Source: Octopus sinensis
Lineage: Eukaryota
Direction of reading: 5' to 3'
NCBI RefSeq assembly: GCF_006345805.1
Contig: NC_043011.1
Coordinates: forward strand, 9,796,001 to 9,860,000
DNA length: 64,000 nt
In this document: positions 49,272-62,711 of the stretch, in pieces
Position numbering within the stretch: position 1 is the first letter of the stretch
How the letters are laid out: each line of letters starts with the position of its first letter
Position numbers and translations under genes: made by a program
Notes under the pieces: generated by a model
Database searches by the model: none
The model's input: only the letters and a program-made list of their open reading frames with translations
Told to the model about the DNA's origin: nothing

Positions 49272-50462
49272 CATAGGCAAGAGAAAGGTTGTAATGTCAA
49301 TAGGTAAGTACATGTATTTGAAATGCTTTCCTATAAAATTGTACACCAAGACAGCCATAGCCATGTTAGCTAAAAGAAACACAAAACTAATAGGAAATCA
49401 AGTTAAAAGCAGTGAAAATACAGGGAACCAGTTCAAATGTGGAACTGATTGAGGATTGCTGAGAGAGGTTTGTGAGCCATTGTAGTATCATACCTGAGTT
49501 ACCATGGTAGTAGAAAATACCTAGGGGTGCCTGCTGCATGGATTATAAACAGTATAGTTGATGCTAATATACTTAATATAAGGAGCAAAGAATTTTTGAT
49601 TTAATTAATATTACAGTAATAATGAGGGAAAATAATTATTAGTTTAATAATTAGAAGCTAGACAAACAGGGAGAGGCAAGCTAGAGGCATTGCCAGGTTC
49701 TATGCCTGCTTTGGCAGGGTTTCCACAGCTGGAAATTGAAAGGTAAGGCGGGAGGGGCGGGGACACATTAGTCCTCACAAGTCACAGATGGTTAGGATTC
49801 ATGTGAATGACCACAGCAGTGTGGTTTGTTTAGTGCTGGGTTCAATTTCATGTGTAGCTTTGGTAGAGAGAGCAGAGATGCTGGGGCATAAAATGGTGAC
49901 AGGATTGAAACTATGGTAATTACTGCAATCTACAAATTGTACCTTTTGAAGAATGGAGAGAGAAAAGAAGTGGGTGTGTGCAAGAAAAATGGAGAGAGAG
50001 AACGAATATGAGAGGGAGGGAGAGTGAATATGAGAGAGGGAGAGAGAGAGTGTGTGAGAGAGAGAAAGAAAGAAAGTGCATGTGTGTGAGAAACAGAGAG
50101 AGAAAGTGTGTGTGTGTGTGTGTGTGTAAATAGATACTAGAAACTGGGCTCAGGTAAATAAGTGCTGGGATTAACAAAGAGAGCTTCAGAGTGAAGGATC
50201 AATGCATTAAATGGGGTTGGAGAGTGGAGAGGATTCTAAAGTGTTGCAGGGGAAAATAAAGGTTTTCTTGAAGAGACAAGAACACCAATTAAGACTAAAC
50301 AATTATTTGTATACACTGGAATCAACCATTCTTTAGCACCAATCCACATTGTGTCATTTAGTTCTTGTTGTTGTTCCTAAAGTTCTTATATTGTTCTTCA
50401 ATTTATTTCACTTGTTCTCAATCCAAACAATAAAAGCAGGCTTTTACACACACAAACAGCAA

Positions 50463-50494
<32 letters not shown>

Positions 50495-50870
50495 GTATAT
50501 AAACCATTCTAAATGGTAATGTTTGTACTTATTCTTTAGAAGTAATATCCTTCAGCAGACTGAACAAGGTTCCAAATAGGGATAAGAATGGCATCAACAG
50601 CAAAAGTTTAATTAGATTTTAAAGAGATTATTACTGTGTTGCAAGGAAAGAACAATTATTCTTGATTTCTTGAGATTCTGGTTCCGTCTGTGTGTGAGGA
50701 AAGGAGGAACAGAGATTTTAGAAGCCTACAGAATTGGTAGCTGATGTGTGTGTGTGGATTGAACACACATCCACACACACATGTGTTCTATGCTGGTATA
50801 GAAAACTGGGTGTTAAATCAACATGTATATTGATATATTTATATTTAGTTACATTATATATATATATATA

Positions 50871-50986
50871 TCATCATCAACGTTTAACATCCATTTTCCA
50901 TGCTAGAATGGGTTGGACGGTTTATATATATATATATATGTATATACATATATATGTAATATATATATATATATTACACACATATA

Positions 50987-51074
<88 letters not shown>

Positions 51075-51085
51075 CACCATATATA

Positions 51086-51141
<56 letters not shown>

Positions 51142-51290
51142 TACATACATATATTACACATATGTATATATATATATATTACACACACCCACATATATAT
51201 CAATCTGATCTGGCAATGTTTCTACAGCTGGATGCCCTTCCTAATGCCAACCACTCCAAGAGTGCAGTGGGTGATTTTTAAATGTATGTA
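50871..51290 (-). mobile_element. RTE-family tail split by a ~290-bp (TA)n-rich expansion
   Basis: catcatcaacgtttaacatccattttccatgctagaatgggttggacgg is followed by the (TA)n block, then atctggcaatgtttctacagctggatgcccttcc. Confidence 0.7.
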
Positions 51291-52041
51291 AATATACCAC
51301 CATCATCATTTAACATCTCTTTTCGCTGCTGGCGAGGACTAGACAGATTGACATAATCTAGAAAGTCATAAAGCCATGCTGAGGTCTAATGTCAGCTTTG
51401 GCATCGAAACTTTTGATGGGTTCCCTCCCTAATGTCAACCACTTTAAAGAGTGGACTCAGTGTTTATTTTGTGCTGCCAGCACTAGTGAGGTTGCCAAAT
51501 AATTTGTAAGGCAAGAAAAGGAACAGGAAGAAGCAAAAAAAAAAGAGAGGGGAAAGGAAAAGATTGGAAAAGCTGCCTTGAGTATATGGCGGGGTTAGCA
51601 TTTGAGAGGTGTTGAGAAACTAGAGTGCGAAAGAGGAAGGATCCCTGATGGATTGTAACAGAAATACGAAACTGTGGAGGTTGGAAAGTAGGAAAGGAGA
51701 GTGAAGAGAAGCATCTCAAGATAGAGTGGATTGCAGGGAGAAGATGGGGGTAGAGGTGCAAGGTGGAAGATAGAGGAGTGGTTCAGGGGAAAGGGGTGAG
51801 GGTAGACATGAAAGGGCACTGAGAATGAGAGCAGGTAAGAGAGTGTGGCAGAGGAGAGCAATGGCTGAAGGTACAGAAAGAAGGTGATTGGTGGAAATGG
51901 GGGGGGCGTTATGGGGAGTGGGGGTAGGATGTAATGTGCCTATTTGGCTCTCAGGTGATAACAACAACATTAGTGAAGTACCTTAGATAGAGAAGCAATG
52001 GGTGTTAGACAATGAAGAAAGAGGGAAATGCTTGACAGGAC

Positions 52042-52075
<34 letters not shown>

Positions 52076-52084
52076 AAGTGCCCC

Positions 52085-53310
52085 ACATGTACACACATAA
52101 CGAAGGTGGTTTTAGGACATCATTTCTGCTGTGAAGGGCAGGTGTTCTCAAGCGCAGCAAACCAGAAATCCTCCCAGTCCTTTGTCTTCTGTAAGGTCCA
52201 GCATTTTGAGATCAGCTTTTACCACTTTGTCCCATGTTTTCCTGGCTGTGTCCAATTCCTTTTATAATTTTCCTCTCAATGCATTTTCACTTTGTCATTC
52301 ATTTTACACTGACATTGCACACATACATGCATACTGATGTCCAAAGGAGCATACTAGCTTCATTCCTATCTAGTCTTTACATGTTCTCTGCATTTAGAAA
52401 CCATGTCTCACTACCATGTAGCATTGTTGTACATGCAAAAAATAAAATAAAATACAATCTATCTTTCAATTGAGGGGAGAGAGAGAGACAGACAGACAGA
52501 CAGATCTTTTTGTTACCAATAGAGATAACAGCTCTGAATTATCTCCATCCTATTCTTATTCTAACAGCTATAGTTCCAAAATTCCCTCCATTACTTCTAA
52601 TTAGGTCACTCAACAGAAACTACCTCCAAGGCATTTAAGAAAAGCAATTCCCCAAATGCCTCTAGTCCCTTTTGGTTCCTCTACATCTTCCACATTTACT
52701 TCTTACATGTCCATAGCATGCATTGGATACATTGTCTGGAATTCCGGCTTCACCTTTCCTACATATTGAGCAGGGCTGCTTATTTGACAGGAAGAGAGTC
52801 ATATCTATTTTCTTGTTTGTTACAACTCTGGTTTTTGAGTGGCTAACTTTAAGGCCCTTTGATTCCAGGTTTTGCTTCCGTACCAGGGAATTTCTTTTAC
52901 AATTCTGCTACAGATCCTGATTATAAACAAATGGTAGACCCTAAAGGCAGCTCGTCTTAAATTCCTCAGTTATGGTCTGGATTACTGTAATGAGGGACTG
53001 AATACTGAACCCTGATGATCTCCTACTTGTACATTTACTACATTGTTGTACTCCTGTCTGACTCTCACCTTACTGACAGCACCCCTGTACAGAGCTTGTA
53101 TGGCTCTCACAAGCCATTCATCTACCTCACAGACTTCCTCAGAAATAACCTGATCACAGAGTGATGGACTCAGTCAAAGGCTGTCTCCAAGCCAACAAGC
53201 ATCATATACAACTGTTGACTTTTAGCTAGAAACTTCTGCTCTAGTTTTCTCAACGGGAAATGAGCATCAGTAGGGCTTCTCCCAAAAACCAAGCTGCATC
53301 TCATTGAGTC
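52085..53310 (-). mobile_element. Old, degraded RTE LINE: RT domain through C-terminus
   Basis: Minus strand reads DEMQLGF.., HQGSVFSP.., VIQTITEEFKTSC, NLESKGLKV and PCSICRKG..C..H..C; frequent stops and frameshifts. Confidence 0.75.
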
Positions 53311-54904
53311 TAACCCTGTTTCTTATTAATTGAGCAATAACTCAAATACATAGATATACACATACATACATACATGCATACACATGTTATGGTTAAATAT
53401 CCGACATGATTCCCATCTCTTTCTCACACGGATACCAATAGCAATCTCCGAGATCCAATTTTTCTGCTATATTTCTTTTTAAAGTTTCTTGTATTATGCT
53501 TTCTTTCCTTCAGGCACTGAAGAGTACGTTGATATTTCATTAATTTAATTCAACCATGAATGTATATCATTATTATATCTATGTACAAAATGATTGTCTG
53601 CAAGAATTAAACTTCTTAGGAATTTTAGCAACTTGTCTCCTCCATTTTTAATGAAATTGATGGGATTTATGGAACTTCATTCCATAAATTCACCATACAT
53701 TATAATATATATATATATATATTTATATATATATTTATATACATACATACATACATACATAACATATACATGATTGGTGCAAGCATGGTTCTGAGAGAAG
53801 GCCATTGTATGTATATATGTTTGTATGCATACATATATGAATGTGTGTGTGTGTTTATGTTTGCTGCCCATCACCACTCGGCAACTGGTGTTGATTTGTG
53901 TGTGTGTGTGTGTGTATGTCTTTTATGTCAGCCTCATTCTTTGGCTTGTGCTTGTCTCATTGACCCCAGAAGAATGAAAGACAAATTTGACTCAAACAAG
54001 ATTTGAACTTGTAAACATGAAATGAAATAACTCAAGTCACACTTTCTCAACGCTCTACTGATTCTGCCATCAATTATTGATGATGATGATGATGGTAGTG
54101 GTGGTGGTGGTGGTGGTGGTGGTGGTAAGATGAATCATACAAAACCTTTTTGGCAAGAGAATTAAGAAATCCATATAAACTGTTGATTAATTCTGAGATG
54201 TTCACATCAAAGATGGAGACAAGTACCAACATCCCATGCGGTAGGCTTGATAATTACTGAGAAATCTCTCTCAGCATGAAACCAATGGTAGTCTTGTTAA
54301 TAAAGAATATTTACCATTCGATGTGGTGTTGAGCTTTTATTCTCACTGCTTGATATTAGTGACAAAATATTAGTGTATATAAGTTTGCATGTATGTATAA
54401 TAAACATACTTTTAACTTGACTGGGTAAATAAAACTATATCATCCTACTCCCTCTCCTTCACACACTCTCCCTCCCTCCCTCCCTCTCACACACTTTCTA
54501 GCCCTGTCTCCCTCTCCCTCTCTCTCTCTCAAACTGAAGGACAACTCAAATAAGTTTCACCTGGTCTTTGCCAACTCATCAAGATTGTTTACTTCCTCTG
54601 TTTTAATAAGAGAAAGGATATTTACAACTACTTATGAAAAATGTGATGAGTAGCATACATTGCTCTCACTTGTTTATGAATCAGTATATTCATTATTGGT
54701 GTGTTTTTAATAATTTTCTACACTAGCTGAGACAGCATGTGTGTGTGTGTGCGTGTGAATTACTTGTAAATTGGTTTACAAGTTTATATTTAATAAAGAT
54801 GATTAAATGTCAGTGTACAAATATATACCTGCATCCCGTTTAATCATTGTTTACTCTGGTTTGCAAAGCCATTAAAGATATGTTTATTAAAAATGAACAG
54901 GAGT

Positions 54905-55254
54905 TAATGTGTGGTAAGTAGCTTGCTTGCCAACCACATGGTTCCAGGTTCAGTCCCACTGCATGGCACTTTGGGCAAGTGTCTTCTACTAAAGCCTTGG
55001 GCCAACCAAAGCCTTGTGAGTGGATTTGGTAGATGTAAACTGAAAGAAGCCCATCATATATGTATGTGTGTCTGTGTTTGTCCCCCCAACATCACTTGAC
55101 AACTGATGCTGTCCTGAGAAAGTCTGGAAACTTCTGGAATGCACTCAGCACACACACACACATACATGTCCCACTGCATGGCACCTTGGGCAAGAGTCTT
55201 CTACTAAAGCCTTGTGAGTGGATTTGGTAGACAGAAACTGAAAGAAGCCCATTG

Positions 55255-55289
<35 letters not shown>

Positions 55290-55540
55290 CTGTATGTATG
55301 TATGTATGTATGTATGTGTGTGTATATGTTTGTGAGTCTATGTTTGTCTCCCCAGCATTGCTTGAAAACTGATGCTGGTGTATTTACATCCCCGTAACTT
55401 AGCAGTTCAGCAAAAGAGACTGGTAGAATAAGTACTAGGCTTACAAAAAATAAGTCCTGGGGTTGATTTGCTTGAATAAAGGCAGTGCTCCAGCATGGCC
55501 ACAGTCAAATGACTGAAACAAGTAAAAGAATAAAAGAATC
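54905..55540 (+). mobile_element. Two tandem type A SINE copies (partial ~54905-55110; ~55168-55540)
   Basis: gtcccactgcatggcac..ttgggcaag..cttctactaaagcc occurs twice; the second copy ends ggcagtgctccagcatggccacagtcaaatgactgaaacaagtaaaagaataaaagaa. Confidence 0.85.
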
Positions 55541-56209
55541 AAATATTTTAACTATAAACACCTGTACAGAATTTTTACATCCAGCACTAATTACACCTGG
55601 GTAAGTGTTATTCTACACTTCAATGTTTATTCACAAAACTCTAAACATTCCTGATTATTCTCTGATCCAACATTCTGAGTTCCGCTTCATGTCTCTAAGA
55701 AGGTCAAATAAGGCAGAAACATGCTCACAGTTGTCTCCTCAATCTTAAACAACACCGTTTTGTATTTACTATTAGATATTTGGGTTGTCTCCCCTGTTAC
55801 TCTTTTCTTTTGGTTTTTTTCTTTTTTTTTTGATCAGATTAAGAAAATATAGTTTCCACCATGAACGTTGTTGTTTTAATTAACTGGAATTTCTTAGTGT
55901 TTGACGTTATGTATACTAGCATACACATTACTGTACAAACACACACACACACAACACATACACACATACAGACACACAAACACATACACACACACACACA
56001 CACACACTGTAGTTCTTATATTACACACAAACATTACGTATAGTTGTTGTAATGTAACTGAAAGACATATACACCCCGTGTTAAGAATGTAATGTTACAT
56101 ACATGGAGAGAGAGAGAGGGAGAGAGAGAGGAGAGAGAGAGGGAGAGAGAGGAGAGAGAGAGGAGAGAGAGAGGAGAGAGAGAGAGATAGATAGACAGAC
56201 CAACAGAGA

Positions 56210-56246
<37 letters not shown>

Positions 56247-56687
56247 ACACACACACACACATGCTTGATATTTTCTCTACTGATACGCAACACAGCCCAT
56301 CAGATAACATTCTCCTGCGTGTGCACACACACACACACACTCACATTGTTAAACATACTTGTAATTGAATATATACACTCACAGCATTATACATACTAAA
56401 ACTATGCCAAAAGAAACTGTGCTGTTACGTATACTCACACACACAAAATGTGCAATGTTATACACATACATTTAGAGTCCTTGTTGCACACACATACATA
56501 TACACTCACATACATACATACGAACACACACATATACGCAAGATATTTCTAATGATAAGTTGGGCGAGAAGCAGTGAGTGACAGGGTGGGGGAAGAGAAA
56601 CCAGGGTGCTAATATCACTCTCAAACTTAGTGATATTTTTCAATAAAGGAAAAGATGAAAATGTATAAAATGAATGGTTGAGCAACA

Positions 56688-56897
56688 ATAGAGAGCACCT
56701 GCCCTCAATGAGTGAGGATAGAGAGCACATGCCCTCAATGAGTGAAGATAGAGAGCACCTGCCCTCAGTGAGTGAGAATAGTGAGCACCTGCCCTCAATG
56801 AGTGAGGATTGTGAGCAACTGCCCTCAATGAGTGAGGATAGAGAGCACCTGCCCTCAACGAGTGAGGATAGTGAGCACCTGCTTTCAACGAGTAAGG
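56688..56897 (+). repeat. 30-bp minisatellite, 7 copies (atagagagcacctgccctcaatgagtgagg)
   Basis: Exact 30-bp periodicity from 56688; translates as (REHLPSMSED)n. Confidence 0.95.
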
Positions 56898-58131
56898 ACA
56901 GGTGGTATCTTATGCGTGGATCTAATAAATGAAGCTATGTGAGAGTATGGAGAAAGGTGAGAATATCTCATAGTTAATGTGTGGAATACTCTGAAAGTGA
57001 AGAAGCAATTAAGTCGAACTAAACTCCCAGACTAATATTCAGACACACATGATTAAGCAATCACTGAAAACATCAGAATGAGCAGAGGGCAGCAACTGAA
57101 GGAATCCTATGAGCAGAAAGTTCTGTTGTGTTTGCATTTCTTACATCCAAAGCAACATTAATAGGAAATATGAACTTTCAGACTGCTGACTCAGACCAGG
57201 CTGGAGCACACCAGCATGTATTTAAACTGCTGCTTGAAGTGGTGGTGGTGGTGGACATCAATTCAAAACTTAAGGGTCAACTGAATTATAACTGGAATGT
57301 AATCAGTCAAATATAATTAGCTGACCTGAAATCAGTTTTACCTAATCAGCTGTTCTTATAATTTACCATTAATTAAATACTTGAACAATTAACATCTTTA
57401 TTTCTAAACATTTACATGAAAGACCTGATATTTTGTCTGGGGTACTATTGCGATGAATTTTGGATGTTACATCACTGGATAAAGTGGTCAAACCTTCCTA
57501 CAGGCAAAATAAATAACCTCTGTATGCCTGGCTGACAAACAGGTGACACTCTAGATGCCAGTTGCCTTCTTTTGCCAGTAGGGAAAGGGCATGGATGGAT
57601 GTAAAAACATTAGTTTCATTTGAAATATAAATGTTGAGATTTACATAAACTTCCAGTATTGTAGCAAAACCAGTTTGTGTATCTATCCATTTATCTATCT
57701 TTCTGTCTGTCTGTCTGTCTCTATCTGTACACACACACACACACATGCAACATACACACACACGCATACACATACACACAACATACACATTCACACATAT
57801 ACATACACACAGCAGTTTAAATACAGAAACGATAATTAAGATAATAATAGTAATAATTAATACAAATAATGATGGTAAGAAAAATACAGTTAGGCTTAAG
57901 ATACAAGTTGAAGGTAACATGTGGTATAGACAGATATAGTCACATGTGGGAAACAGATGTGGGACAAATGGAGCAGACAGAAAATTGTTCAAGTCGAAAA
58001 TAACAAGGTTGCTTCTACTTGGAAAGTCAACTTGCAAGATATAACAGCTATATCTTCCTTAAACTGCATATATTGTCTTAAAAAAGGGAAGGAAGGACAC
58101 ATCAAAAAATGTAGATCCAGATAGACTAAAC

Positions 58132-58202
58132 CAGAGTAATAAAATATGTGCTAGCTGGCATGATTCTGATGCCATGTCTACTGGATCGAGATCAACCCGG
58201 GG
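58132..58202 (-). CDS. Candidate following exon (PRVDLDPVDMASESCQLAHILLL), phase-compatible with 58686-58879
   Basis: agttgttcttgttgttcag| acceptor; only frame 0 is open; weaker |GTTTAG donor. Confidence 0.25.
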
Positions 58203-58685
58203 CTGAACAACAAGAACAACTAATATAACTAAATGTCCAGGTGAAACAGAAAACACACAAATGAGGTATGGGGGGGGGGGTCAGTAAACAAAGGAATCCT
58301 TAATTTCTGAATTAGCACAATATAAAATGAACTGAAGAGAGTGTGTGACATTCATGCATTTCTTAAGAATAAAAGAAATTTGTGTGAAATTAGCTTCAAG
58401 TTGGAATCGAAAGTAACCTACACCCAGCAAAATGACCAGGAGACATTGTTTCAGAAGTCCTAATTGATACAGGCCTGATTCTGCAGAGCAGCCGGGAGGT
58501 AAACATTGCTTTTATAAAGTCCTCACTTTCTACAAGCCACCCCATACACAGTGACCCAAGAGTTAATCACTTGCTTTCAAACTTTATGGGTTTCTTCTTT
58601 TCATTATAAACAAATTAGACAAGTACAACCATCATCATCATCATCAACAACAATAACAACAACAAGATAGCAAACTTCTACGTAC

Positions 58686-58879
58686 CCAACACTGATGATT
58701 ATACATCTCATAGTTATAATCCCGACGAGGATTTCCTGGATAAATCCATCCGTAAAGTTTTAAATCATTTTTTTGCCTGACAGGAGTAGCAGGGTGACAT
58801 TGCACAATCCGCTGGGGGGAATACCCCAACTTGAAGCCTTCCAGACTATCCGGGCGTTTTTTGGGTTTACAGGCCATTC
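58686..58879 (-). CDS. Candidate ATG-containing exon (MACKPKKRPDSLEGFKLGY...YNHQCW), unidentified
   Basis: acttctacag|GA ATG G acceptor and TGG|GTACGT donor; 64 open codons in a locally CpG-rich island. Confidence 0.3.
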
Positions 58880-59399
58880 CTGTAGAAGTTTTTTTTTTTT
58901 TTGCTTTCCTTTTTTTTCTCCTGTTATTTTGTAATTTGTTCAAGAGAATATAAGAAGAGAAGTTTTATCACTTTTTTATCTTTCATCAATAAATTAAAGT
59001 TGTTCAACATAATTAAGCAATTGAAATAATTAAAATATCCAACAACATCCAAAACAGAATGGGTTTTATTGGAGTTGTTGTAATGACACCGAAACTCTTG
59101 TAATATTCTATAAGTTTGGTGAGCAGTCAGCAACACTTCAAAATAGAAACTGCTTTAACTTTCTACAACTTGCAATTATTCTCTCCCTCATTGCTTTTGT
59201 TTCTCATTCTTCTTCTACTTGTTGTTGCTGTTGTCATTTAACTTTCTTTTCCCGATATTTGTTTGTTTGTGACATGTTTTTGACGTGTTTTTTAAAACTT
59301 TCTTTTTTTGCTTTCTTTAAACTTTTAAAAGATGGAAATTCCATCAGAACCAGGATAGGACGGAAGAATTGCATAGATTGAAAGACACTGTTTTATAAT

Positions 59400-59406
59400 A
59401 TTGATG

Positions 59407-59489
<83 letters not shown>

Positions 59490-59490
59490 A
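59400..59490 (+). repeat. (AAT)n-(GAT)n tract
   Basis: Direct reading. Confidence 0.95.
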
Positions 59491-60344
59491 ACTGAGGATA
59501 AAATCAAAGAAAATAACAATAATAATTGAAATAACAATAATAATGATATGAGGGGGGATTAAATAACAAGAGTAAATATCAACAACACAGAACAATTTCT
59601 GAGAAAATAATGAAGTGCTGATGATGATGATGATGATGATGAGGATGAGGATGGTGGCATCAGTGGTGTTTGATTAAGGGGAGGAGGAGGAGGGGTAATT
59701 CAAGAGGGGAACATCACAGTCAAAGTGTCCAACAATACAACATAAATACTTTCTAACTCAACTTCTATCTTTCTTCTCTTCTCTTCTCTCTCTCTCTTTC
59801 TCTCTCTCCACAAACAAAAGACCTCACTACCACCACCACCACCGACAACAACAATAGGAGAATGTGGTGGATGTTGCTGTTGTTGTTATATACAGTTTTG
59901 ATTGTATTAATGGTGTTCACAGAGCAGGTTTGGTTGAAATCGGAAACCTCTTAAAACATTAAAACACCTTAATTTAGTTTTAGTTTCTTTTTTTGTTGTT
60001 GTTGTTGTTTTGGTACCTGAGTGAAAAAGTTGTTTTTTTTTAACAAAGAAACATTTTTGTTTAAAGTGAAAACAAACAAATCTACAAATGAATTTATAGC
60101 TTGTAATTAAACCCACCTATATACATACATAGACATACTTAGATAAACATATACATACATATATATATAAATGTGTACACACATTTATATTTGATATCTA
60201 TCACAGGCACACACACACACACATGCATGCACACATAAGATCAAAGCTAAAGGTAAATATTTCAGGGAAAGAATTGTGGAGGAGAAATATATTAAGAATA
60301 AAGTTGAGCACGAATTTAGTAAAGTAAAAGATTTGATGAGATAT

Positions 60345-60409
<65 letters not shown>

Positions 60410-61169
60410 ATGTATGTATGTATATATATATATACACACACACTCTACAATTAAATTCCAATATACTTATTTACACAAAAGTTGTATTTGTTATATATTT
60501 CTCTTGTGATTATTTAATTTTAAAAAGTGAGGCACCACAGAGATACACATTTATTCCAAAACCCAGTCTTCAATTGGGACGTTATCAAATTATCAGATGC
60601 GATGGGTGATGGGGAAGGAGGGAGAGAAAAAACTTCTATCACAGCTCTAGTAGTAGTAGTAGTAGTAGTAGTAACAGTAAGTTTGAAAGTTAGTTATAAC
60701 TTGGTGTTTGGGAAGTCTACATTGGCAGTAGATTATGGAGTCTGAGATTAATGCCATGCCATCTGACAGACAAAGACAGTGCCAAGTTTACACACCAAAA
60801 AGTAGGAAAAAAACATGGAAAAAGTGAGTAAGACATTAATATGAACAACGACTTTTGTTAGCGATAAAGATAGAGAGATAAGAAGGAAGAAGAGGAGAGA
60901 ATAATAAGAGGGAGCATTGCTACTTGTGTTCACAGGTAACACCAGGTCAGCACAAACCACTGGTCACTTACACAGATTTGTCTTGGATTGGAGGGGTCAA
61001 ATGATGACCCCCCCACCTCCACAGTGACCAAATAAGAAAGGGGTGGTGGTAGTCAGATGGTGGCAGGGATGAGTCGGTGTGGGGACTGTCATAAGTATTT
61101 AAAGAAGGAGATATATTTATAAGAGGATTATGTGGAGAGTAAGGGGAAGGCGAAGGAGAGCAAATGTAT

Positions 61170-61186
61170 TTAATAATAATAATAAC

Positions 61187-61223
<37 letters not shown>

Positions 61224-61450
61224 GTAATAATAATAATAATAATAATAACAACAACAAAGGAGTTGCCTGCTTGGTCTTTTCTCTTTTTTTCTTAAAACAG
61301 CAAGAACAGCAGCAATAGTAGTAGTAATAGTAGTAGTAGTAGTAATAATAATAATAATAATAATAATAGTGGTGGCAGTAGTAGTAGTAGTAGTAGTACT
61401 GTTGACGGTGGTGGTAGTAATGATGTTGATGACTGTTGTTGTTGTTGTTG
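61170..61450 (+). repeat. Compound (AAT)n/(CAA)n/(TAG)n/(TGT)n tract
   Basis: Direct reading. Confidence 0.9.
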
Positions 61451-62659
61451 CTTAGTCTCCTCTGTAACCTTTTTTTCTTTTGCATTACCTTTGTGAAAAG
61501 CACGACACAATGTGGGTTAGGAAGCCTGCTGCCCCCTAAAAAAAAAAAGCCCCAAAAACTGAGAGAGCCGGATGTGTCACTTAAGAGATGCAGTTGTTGG
61601 TGACACAATATCGATGATGTCAAAGCGTTTGTAGTTTAACAGAATTCAAAAGATGGGGAAAAATATAAATATATATATAGATAGATAGATATATATACAA
61701 ATCCGGAGAAGAGAGAAAGAGGGAAAAGGAGATGAAGGTTGAGTGGTACGGTGCATCGATATCTGTTGGATGTTATCAACCACAGCCAATTAAACATACC
61801 TCAATTCTTATATACACTCATGCATAGATCTATCGGTATTTATGTTTACAGTTAATTGCACTCTCTTTTCTATACCCACCCACAAATACCTATGTACACG
61901 CGCACACACACATGCAGAGGAATCTAACCGCAGAACATAGATATATACACACACCCTCTTGATTTTCTTATGCCCTTTTGACACTATCAATATACATGTA
62001 TATACATATATATAAAAATAAATAAATAAATACATATATATATATATATATATATACATGCATGTGAATATGTGGATATGTGTATATATGTGCTACATAC
62101 AGACTCAGATGTTAGTTTGTTGTTGAAGTTTGAAAGAATTATGGAAAAGTATGAACAAATATAAGATCAGGTGTTTGGAGATTCGGTGTCTTTTGGTGTG
62201 ATATTGCTAAACATATGAGGGAGTGTATAAAGGCAAAGTATATATAGATATAGGGATATATATGTCTGTATATATATACGTGTGTGTGTGCAGAGAGAGA
62301 GACAGAAAGAGAGAGAGAGATGTGTTGCAAGGAGTTGTTGGAGAACATTTATGGAAGTGAGGTAGTGAATCTTCGAAAGACACTAATTACAACCAAGCAT
62401 GCAACGAAGTAACTGATGATTCACATTTTGGAGGTTGGAGCGAAGCTTTGTCATAGAATTTTAGTCTTTTTCTTCAATTCCTTTCAATTTTCTCTTTCAT
62501 TTTTTATAAAAAAATTTTATTTATTTTTTCAAAATCACCTGCAAAACAGCCAATTATCCCAGAAATGTATTATTAGCTATATATTCCAGAGCTGTCATGA
62601 GGAAAGCCCTTCTGTAGAGCCATTTGTTCCCCGCCAATATATCCATCATATACACACAT

Positions 62660-62711
<52 letters not shown>

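Noticed and set aside
56688-56897. CRISPR-like array (also 13657-13778 and 48877-49014)
   Set aside because: Head-to-tail units without unique spacers in a eukaryotic context; these are minisatellites.
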